Positions 57,614 to 64,000 of a stretch of 64,000 nt of DNA are shown here, piece after piece. A program made the position numbers and the translations under genes. Under the pieces are notes generated by a model. That model did not search any database and was not told the DNA's origin. It saw only the letters and a program-made list of their open reading frames with translations. The DNA comes from Verrucomicrobiota bacterium (lineage in GTDB: Bacteria > Verrucomicrobiota > Verrucomicrobiia > Limisphaerales > JAEYXS01), in contig JAEYXS010000055.1 of the NCBI GenBank assembly GCA_023431185.1, positions 3,973 to 67,972 on the forward strand, given 5' to 3'. Each line of letters starts with the position of its first letter. Within the stretch, counting starts at the first letter, position 1.

Positions 57614-58825
57614 ATGAAACCCGCTGCAACCGCCAGCCCAGGTTTGCAACCCGATGGCACAACTGTCGAATCACAGGGCGGAGCCTACCAAAGTGTGCTG
57701 GACCGACGCAAGCGGCCGATACGCGGACTTTGCTGCCGCAACGGGCGCTTCTACGCCCGCCTCAGCATCGAAGACCCCGCCACCGGGCGCAAGGCCGTCC
57801 GGCGCGTGCCGCTGGCAGCCGAAACCGTGGCCTAGGCCACCGCGGAACTGCGGACCCTGCAAACCCGGCGTCAGGACCAGGCCCTCCCCGCCCTGCGCCG
57901 CGCCCCCAAGTTCAACGAGTACGCGGACCAGTATCTCGCCTATTTTGAAACCGTGAAAGGGGCCAAACGGAAGCGCACGATCGAAACGGAAACCGGGCAC
58001 CTCAACCAGTGGAAAGCCCATCTGGGCGAAACCCGGCTCAACCAGATCAGCCGGGCCATGATCAACGATTTCATCACCAAACGGAAAGCCCCCAAGATTG
58101 GCAAAGACAACAAGGAAAAGACCATCAGCAACCGGACCATCAACCTCGCCATCGTCTGCCTCCGCAACGTGCTGAAAAAGGCCCTGGAGGAAGGCTGGAT
58201 CAAGGCGCTGCCCACCGAGAACATGCGACCGCTGAAGTACACCGCCCGGAAGCGGCAGCTGTTCACGCTGGCCGACATGGAAAAGATCTGCGGGCAGGCG
58301 CTGGAGACCTCCAAGAACGGGCAGGAGTTCGCCGACTATCTCCGTTTGATGGCGTATTGCGGCTCCCGCATGACGGAGACGCTCGCCCTGAAATGGGCGG
58401 ATGTGGACTGGCAGCAGAAGCAGTTGACGATCGGTGCCGACGGGCAGAGCAAGAACCACCAGGCGCGGGTGGTGGACTTCAACCCCAAACTCGAAGCGCA
58501 CTTACGGGAGATGAAGCAGCGGAAGGCGCCGGATACGGCCTGGCTTTTTCCGTCACCGCAGCGCGGCAACAAGGACCGTCCCAGCAAGACCTTCCGGGAA
58601 ACTTTGCTGATGGCCCGGAAGGCGGCCGGCCTGGAAGGCTTCGGTTTTCATGACTGCCGGCACTTCTTCATCTCGATGTGCGTCATGTCCGGGATCGATT
58701 TCATGACCATCGCCCGCTGGGTGGGCCATCAGGACGGGGGAATTCTGATCGGCAAGGTCTATGGACACCTGTCCAACGAACACGCGCAACGGCAAGCACA
58801 GCGGATCAAATTTGGTCCGACTTGA
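57614..58825 (+). pseudogene. Tyrosine integrase paralog interrupted by one in-frame TAG at 57833-57835
   Basis: ORFs 57614-57835 and 57953-58825 are in the same frame, and the translation is collinear with Int1 across the stop (AETVA*ATAELRTLQ against TTVPQAVEALKVLQ). Catalytic motifs are retained downstream. Confidence 0.8.
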
Positions 58826-59132
58826 AGGAAAGCATCGTTTCCACATGCTTTGTCTTGCGTGAAATCGGAGCGGCCCCGAATAGGGACTCTACCGCTTGAG
58901 CAAGGATCCAAAGACTCGCCGAGCTCAACACCTTAACGAAACGGCTACTCCATGAACTGCGTGACTCAGCTAACACTGGCGCAACTGCCCTACACAAAGG
59001 GGTTCCAAATAATGCTTGAAGCATTACCACGGGGGATTATAACGAATTTACTATCCCACTTACTCAGGAATAATGAGCGGACAAGAAACACTTCCTGATT
59101 GTCAACGAACAGAGCTTAACTAAATCCAAGCC

Positions 59133-59969
59133 ATGAAATCCAAACTGACCAGAAAAAAGCCGACTTTTCCCACTATACAGAGCCAGATCTTGCGACCCAA
59201 GTTGGCCAGTAAGAATTTATACAAGGAGTATTTTTCACAAGAATCGGTGAAGGTCAGATTGGCGCAATGCGAATTGGAGTTTGAGTTTGGCCGGGCTTTC
59301 ATCCCGCTGGGCGACCCGTCCAATTCAAAGAAAGTCAAGATGGCAGAGGAATTTATGAAATTTTTCCCTGACTGGCCCGGTCAAGATTGGAAGGAAATCG
59401 AGGAAAAGCAAAAACACAATTTCTTGCTCTTTTGCTATCCCCCACCCATTGGGAAGCAGGAGGAAAAGGCAACCCCTGTGAACCCCAATCGCCCAAGGCG
59501 GGCCATCCGTGAGGAGATCTGGATTGACCTCTGTTATGAGAACACGGAGCTTTGCGAAGCTTTTGCTTCCCTGCTGGGCCAAATGAGACAAGATTCCAGC
59601 GCCCTCGCGCGACAATCCCGATCCGTAGGTCGTGGGGCTACTCTTGCTCAGGTAAATGACCGGTTGGCATACTTACAGAATGTTCGCCACAGCCTTGCCG
59701 GACCTCGATTCCAAATACAACCGAAGCGTTTGCTAAGGTCATACCGGGAAACACTTGCTCAACTGCGTGATTTCTGGCGCGCTTGGCGAGTTGGGCATTT
59801 CTTTACCAGAGAGATTACATATGGTTATGGCAACCCAGCAATGCGGGCGTTTGAGAATCCAGAGTTAGTAGAGCAAATTGACAAAGCCCTATTAGTAGAA
59901 ACCAAAGAGCTCAGGCTAACTGAAGCAAAAGAACGGGCAGCAAAATACCTCCTATCAGGCGGTGTTTAG
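59133..59969 (+). CDS. Hypothetical protein
   Basis: A 278-aa ORF with plausible amino-acid composition. The family was not recognised. Confidence 0.45.
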   Translation: MKSKLTRKKPTFPTIQSQILRPKLASKNLYKEYFSQESVKVRLAQCELEFEFGRAFIPLGDPSNSKKVKMAEEFMKFFPDWPGQDWKEIEEKQKHNFLLFCYPPPIGKQEEKATPVNPNRPRRAIREEIWIDLCYENTELCEAFASLLGQMRQDSSALARQSRSVGRGATLAQVNDRLAYLQNVRHSLAGPRFQIQPKRLLRSYRETLAQLRDFWRAWRVGHFFTREITYGYGNPAMRAFENPELVEQIDKALLVETKELRLTEAKERAAKYLLSGGV

Positions 59970-60779
59970 CATACAATTCTACGACATCACCTTGAGTCGG
60001 CGGTGGTTTTTGGAACTCAGGGCATCCGATATGGCAGATCCGGCGACAGATGAATAAGATGCGGGCGATTGAGTCCATGGTTTGACGGGATATACGTCCA
60101 GGGCGAGCACGCCCCGATTCCTGCAGCGAGACTGCTCACAGTGATGCTGCATATGGCCCTCTACTGGGTACATAACGAGCTTCTTTTCTGCGAACAACCA
60201 CAGGACTGCCTTTCGTTCCGATGGATCTTGAGATGTGTTTTCTCAGGAGTTTTTTGTAACAATGGTGTTCTAAATGAGGTTCTAGGAACTGGCGCGAAAA
60301 GCCGACTCAGCCAGCGACTAACTCTTGATGGAGGAACGGATGCTAATTGCAGTGGTGTCCTTCATCGCAAGTTTTGCGCCCCCCGGACGGAACAGTGTCA
60401 GACTGTGGAGAATGCCGCAGCCAGCAGATTGGCTGCCAATCTTGCCCGACTTACTAAACTGAATGCTGTCGTGATCCCTGCAAGATTCTGCCATCCTTTC
60501 AGAACACAAAAGCCCGTCGGGCTTGACCGTCCAAAAGAACATCTGGCTTGCCCTGTTCAGAAAATTCAATGGAGAGCCTAATTGGCCGGTCGAGGCGCGT
60601 CGCCATGAGGAGAAAAGTTTGCAGTTAGCGTGATTGGGTGCGGCACTTTAAAAATGTTTTCCCAACCTGAAGCCGCGGAACCGTGAAAAGCAGCTTCGAG
60701 CGTCAAGTCCATCAACTCCTCTCTCACACGTCCGCTTTGACGGCCGTGCATGCTCGTCGCCTTGAGTTAAGTTGCCGTC

Positions 60780-61013
60780 ATGCAACGAAATGAACCAGAA
60801 ATTCAGCGGCTGGCACCGGCTGAAACTTTCCAGGCGAATCTCGGCATCAGTCGCACAACCTTGTGGCGGTGGCGTAAATACGGGTGGATTGTGACCGTCC
60901 AAATTGCTGGCCGACACTACATCTCTGACTGCGAACTCGCGCGCTTCCACCGAAGGGCTGCAAGCGGCGAATTTTCAACCTCGCACCTCAAAACCGAAAG
61001 CAAACAAGTATGA
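60780..61013 (+). CDS. Excisionase-like helix-turn-helix protein
   Basis: Contains LGISRTTLWRWRKYGWIVTVQIAGRHYISDCEL. It is a paralog of the E1 HTH protein. Confidence 0.7.
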   Translation: MQRNEPEIQRLAPAETFQANLGISRTTLWRWRKYGWIVTVQIAGRHYISDCELARFHRRAASGEFSTSHLKTESKQV

Positions 61014-61342
61014 AAGAAAGCAACGAAAATCGGGTCAAACTTGCCATTGCACATCAACCGACCGCCTCGAACCGCGCTCTGGCACGAGAACTCGGCGTGT
61101 CGGAAGCTACCGTGCGCCGATACCGGCGAAGGACTGGTGCCTGCGAGCAACCCGAGCCGCGAACCGGCCTCGACGGCAAGAAATATGGTTTAAAACGACG
61201 CCAGGTCAAACTTCATGACAAACTGCTGGCGCTGAACATCACGGCTTGCGCTGAGATCCTCAGCCAATCCCCCAATGAAAAACTGCGACTCGTGAACACC
61301 TTCCAACTGTTAATTAATATCTGCAAATCAACCCGAGAGTAA
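61010..61342 (+). CDS. HTH domain protein
   Basis: Contains ASNRALARELGVSEATVRRYRRR. The start overlaps the upstream stop (ATGA). Confidence 0.55.
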   Translation: MKESNENRVKLAIAHQPTASNRALARELGVSEATVRRYRRRTGACEQPEPRTGLDGKKYGLKRRQVKLHDKLLALNITACAEILSQSPNEKLRLVNTFQLLINICKSTRE

Positions 61343-61343
61343 A

Positions 61344-61559
61344 ATGAAAAAAACGAACCGCATCAACGTCCCGCAACTGATCAATGAGTTGTCTGCCGAG
61401 AACGCGGAAGCCGCTGCGGCGCTCGTACTGAGCCTTGTGGCAGGCCTCGTTCGAAAACACCCGGAGGTTGCAAAGCCAATGCTGACGCAACTGATTGGGC
61501 AACTGACTATGCTGCAACATTCGCCAGAGAAAACAGACTTGGGGGCCAAGTATGATTAG
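61344..61559 (+). CDS. Hypothetical small protein
   Basis: A 71-aa ORF tightly packed between neighbouring genes. Confidence 0.4.
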   Translation: MKKTNRINVPQLINELSAENAEAAAALVLSLVAGLVRKHPEVAKPMLTQLIGQLTMLQHSPEKTDLGAKYD

Positions 61560-62355
61560 CCGCCATCAACATCTTGAGGCCAGATTTGTTCAAGACAAGC
61601 ACGGCATCTGGCGGCGTCGTTTCCAGAAGCGCGAACTGGCTGACACCATCGATAGTTTCTTTGCTCGTACTCGGTTTGCGCAACAACGAAGTTTGTATGG
61701 CACAGCCTGCCTTATATGGCAAGGTGCCCGTGACAAACGGGGTTACGGTGTCCTAAGTGTCGCCGGAAAGCGACTCCTGGCGCATCGGGTCGCCTTCGTG
61801 ATGGCGTATGGAAAAATCCCCAAGCCATTGGTCCGTCACTTATGTGATAACACCTCTTGCGTAAACCCTTTACATTTGGCTGCCGGGACAGCGCTTGACA
61901 ATCACAACGACGCAAAAAAAGCTAATCGCACGGCAAAGGGTGAAAGCAGCGGCCGGTATAAACATCCAGAGGCTTACCCGGTTGGAGATGCGTGTCCGAA
62001 CAGCAAGTTGACCTCGATAGCAGTCATGGAAATCCATCGGCTCTACCGGACCCGCTTGAAAGACACCGTGGAACTTAGCATTGATTACGGCGTTTCCGTC
62101 ACCACCATCAACTCGGCCCTGCACGGCCGGAGTTGGAACATTGAGTTTGAGGCTGCCAGGCAAATTTATCCCAGTATGGAGATGCACCACCGCAAAAATC
62201 TCGGCAAAAAGCGCTGGAAATTTGACGCGGCTAAGGCTGCGCAGATACGCGCCAAAAAAGAAGCTGGGATGTCCGTGAACTCAATAGCCAACGAATTTGT
62301 ACTGAGTGTCTCCTCGATTTATAAGGCTCTCCGCATGTATCCCAAAGACAAATGA
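61552..62355 (+). CDS. HNH endonuclease (HNH_3 type) with C-terminal HTH-like modules
   Basis: Contains CLIWQGARDKRGYGVLSVAGKRLLAHRVAFVMAYG...HLCDNTSCVNPLHLAAGTALDNHND. Confidence 0.8.
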   Translation: MISRHQHLEARFVQDKHGIWRRRFQKRELADTIDSFFARTRFAQQRSLYGTACLIWQGARDKRGYGVLSVAGKRLLAHRVAFVMAYGKIPKPLVRHLCDNTSCVNPLHLAAGTALDNHNDAKKANRTAKGESSGRYKHPEAYPVGDACPNSKLTSIAVMEIHRLYRTRLKDTVELSIDYGVSVTTINSALHGRSWNIEFEAARQIYPSMEMHHRKNLGKKRWKFDAAKAAQIRAKKEAGMSVNSIANEFVLSVSSIYKALRMYPKDK

Positions 62356-62358
62356 TCG

Positions 62359-62378
62359 AGGTGCGTCACGACGCACCT
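62359..62378. repeat. Palindrome AGGTGCGTC-AC-GACGCACCT (family copy P1)
   Basis: It lies between the convergent HNH and capsid genes. Related copies lie at 63761-63782, 63817-63838 and 63877-63898. Confidence 0.75.
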
Positions 62379-62416
62379 TACCAAATCGGTCCGGGTTCAG
62401 GAAAAACTGACTTGGT

Positions 62417-63289
62417 TCACACCGGCTGGAGCAATCCAGCCGGTCTTTCGTTTTCGAGTTCCCCAAACCTCCCGAGGAAATTAGGTTCGGTGTAGATCCA
62501 CACCTGACCATCAGGAACGATGTTCCTCTTGATGGTGAAGATGTGGGGGATACCGAAGACCTTCGACTCGGTAAGCGCCGGCAAACCCTGTTGGAACAGG
62601 GCCTGGGACATGTCGCCACCGACCTCGGTGCGATCGAAGTCCAGGAACGCCAGTGCGGTGATACGGTTCATCAGCACGACGCCGTTGTTCAGGTTCTGCT
62701 TCTGCAGCGGTTCCAGAATACGACGGTAGGTCGTGCGGGTGATCACGTTGTTCACGACGAAGTTCTGCTGCACGCCAGACAGACCGACGCCGTTGGACGG
62801 ACCCACCACTTCCTCGCACAAGCCGACGAAGTTTGCGTCTTCTTCGGTCTCGATGCTGTTGAGGGAGTTGTTGGTCGTCACCTGACGCAGGTCATGCTTG
62901 TAGGTGCGCAGCTCGTTGATGTTCTTCGTCCAGTTCGGGGTGGTGATCGGGTAGAACACCAGTTCGTATTTGTCGCCAAAGTAGAACTGGGTGTCCGCCG
63001 CACCGCCGAACGTGATGGTCGCCGCGCCCTTCGACTTGGCTTCCATGTCGCAGATCATCAACGGCAGGTCGTGTTCGAGCACGCGAGTGAGCATGTCGTC
63101 CGTGATCGTCTCGGGCGGCAGGATGCGACGGCAGAAGCCGTTTTCCCGCAACTCGCGACGGATCATGTCCGTGCCTTTGCTTGAGGCGTACTTGTTGAGG
63201 CCATCGCCGCCCTTGTCCAGCTCGGCCAGAATCGTCGAATTGATCTCGGAGATATCTTCTACCTCCGGAGCAGTATTCACAGGAGTCAT
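62417..63289 (-). CDS. Putative phage major capsid protein
   Basis: A 290-aa ORF. The pattern MIRRELRENGFCRRILPP...NINELRTYKHDLRQV...EPNFLGRF resembles capsid proteins as I recall them. It is preceded by a small structural-type gene and the tail of a coiled-coil gene, a head-module layout. This was not verified by any search. Confidence 0.5.
   Translation of the reverse strand: MTPVNTAPEVEDISEINSTILAELDKGGDGLNKYASSKGTDMIRRELRENGFCRRILPPETITDDMLTRVLEHDLPLMICDMEAKSKGAATITFGGAADTQFYFGDKYELVFYPITTPNWTKNINELRTYKHDLRQVTTNNSLNSIETEEDANFVGLCEEVVGPSNGVGLSGVQQNFVVNNVITRTTYRRILEPLQKQNLNNGVVLMNRITALAFLDFDRTEVGGDMSQALFQQGLPALTESKVFGIPHIFTIKRNIVPDGQVWIYTEPNFLGRFGELENERPAGLLQPV
62421..62456 (+). terminator. 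Rho-independent terminator for the HNH operon (overlaps the 3' end of the convergent capsid ORF)
   Basis: A 10-bp stem accggctgga/tccagccggt with loop gcaa, followed by CTTTCGTTTTCG. Confidence 0.6.
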
Positions 63290-63318
63290 AATTTGATAGT
63301 TCCTTCCTGGTAGCTGGA

Positions 63319-63717
63319 TTAGGCGGTGCGGTTAGGCTGCCATCCGGTGATGAGGGTCAGGACATTGATCTTACCGTCGCCGTCCTTCGCCACGCCACTT
63401 TCATAGCTTGCCACGTCCACCACGCCACGGGTGACTTTGCCGATGATATCCACATCTTCGTTGTAGCCCGACACCACATCCAACTTGCCGGCGTCGCCAG
63501 CGGTCATGGCCTTGAGACCATTACCATTGTTGTAGGTCGATTCTTCGTCGAAGTGTGCCGTTTCGACTTCGTAAATCCCGGCGCATGAGAGCCCGAGGAG
63601 TTTGCCGGAGCCGCGAACATCCGTGTCCAAGGTCTGGTCATTCATCGAGAGGAAGGGTTCTTTCCCTTTCGGGCAGCCCTTCACCCACTCGCCATTGCTG
63701 TCGAGTGAGATGACCAT
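63319..63717 (-). CDS. Hypothetical head-module protein (decoration/scaffold-like position)
   Basis: The start was taken at MVISLDSNGEW because the upstream part of the ORF is made of palindromic repeats. It lies 29 nt upstream of the capsid gene. Confidence 0.45.
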   Translation of the reverse strand: MVISLDSNGEWVKGCPKGKEPFLSMNDQTLDTDVRGSGKLLGLSCAGIYEVETAHFDEESTYNNGNGLKAMTAGDAGKLDVVSGYNEDVDIIGKVTRGVVDVASYESGVAKDGDGKINVLTLITGWQPNRTA

Positions 63718-63760
63718 ACCGGACAGGATACCTTCCGCAGCTTTCGGCTTAGCACCGGGA

Positions 63761-63898
63761 CAGGTGCGACCAGACGCACCTGTTGGTGGGACGTCAGCCC
63801 GGAATGAGGTGGTCCGCAGGTGCGTCACGACGCAGCTGCCGAGATGAAAGACAGGTGTGGCCCTTCGGAGGGGCGGCAGGTGCGTCAGGACGCACCTC
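63761..63898. repeat. Three palindromes of the GGTGCG-N-CGCACC family (P2-P4) in 140 nt
   Basis: The three copies are caggtgcgaccagacgcacctg (63761-82), caggtgcgtcacgacgcagctg (63817-38) and caggtgcgtcaggacgcacctc (63877-98). Confidence 0.75.
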
Positions 63899-64000
63899 AA
63901 GCGTCGGGGAACAGGTCGCTGATCCGACAGTTGAGCTTGGTGAGCAAAGTTTCGAGGGTTTCCAGCGTAACATTCTGTTCACCGAGTTCGAGGCGGTGAA
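63897..64000 (-). CDS. 3' end of a gene continuing beyond the window (helical tail ...ELGEQNVTLETLETLLTKLNCRISDLFPDA*)
   Basis: I translated this by hand. The frame is open to the window edge and the stop is at 63897-63899, directly at palindrome P4. Confidence 0.35.
   Translation of the reverse strand, partial: HRLELGEQNVTLETLETLLTKLNCRISDLFPDA

Larger units (their letters stand above)
57507..64000 (+). mobile_element. Prophage-like / integrative region E2 (partial, continues beyond the window)
   Basis: It contains an integrase paralog (interrupted), an Xis-like HTH, an HNH endonuclease and a capsid-like module. It starts at the same att core as E1. The right end was not seen. Confidence 0.5.

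Noticed and set aside
57833-57835. The in-frame TAG in Int2 as programmed readthrough, pyrrolysine or a suppressed amber.
   Set aside because: No Pyl machinery or recoding signal is visible, TAG is used as an ordinary stop elsewhere in the window (for example at 14150 and 10213), and the paralog has Gln at this position. A simple nonsense mutation or a sequencing error is more parsimonious.
60069-60581. The 170-aa plus-strand ORF inside E2 as a gene.
   Set aside because: Its composition (many Cys, Arg and Leu residues, no motifs) and the absence of coupling to neighbouring genes look like a chance ORF. See the finding on the 59970-60779 gap.

Overview
This is a high-GC chromosome segment, most likely from a PVC-group bacterium (Verrucomicrobiota-like). 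The basis is a PSCyt/PSD giant protein paired with a DUF1501 gene, an H-X9-DG prepilin-like protein, giant Calx-beta/LamG secreted proteins, and characteristic short intergenic repeats. No database search was possible. All calls rest on motifs read from the ORF translations and on manual inspection of the DNA, and start codons are approximate.

Positions 1-50 kb hold:
- an AT-rich NACHT-LRR (STAND) gene cut by the window edge
- a LeuC-type aconitase
- the PSCyt/PSD-DUF1501 pair
- a sialic-acid module: a NanA-like lyase, a Kelch-mutarotase::Na+/solute symporter fusion, and a DUF1080 protein
- gdhA
- a 1412-aa Calx-beta protein
- a roughly 16-kb nitrate assimilation supercluster in the order nirA, cysJ-like, cupin, nasA, FeS::DmsC fusion, porin, nrtD-C-B, nrtS, nrtA, followed by a cytoplasmic NrtA-like protein and a LysR regulator
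- a 1511-aa PL8 lyase

Positions 50.3-64 kb are AT-richer mobile DNA. A 7.1-kb integrative element splits a tRNA-Leu(UAG) gene in its anticodon stem-loop, flanked by 13-bp direct repeats. It carries a tyrosine integrase, an Xis-like HTH protein, a J-domain protein, a pC194-type rolling-circle Rep, a LamG cargo protein and its own intact tRNA-Leu(UAG). It abuts a related prophage-like region with an amber-interrupted integrase paralog, an HNH endonuclease and a capsid module.

Other observations:
- unusual electron-donor partners for NasA and NirA
- a 15-bp dyad (ATGAA-N5-TTCAT) at three nitrate promoters
- several families of short intergenic repeats and palindromes
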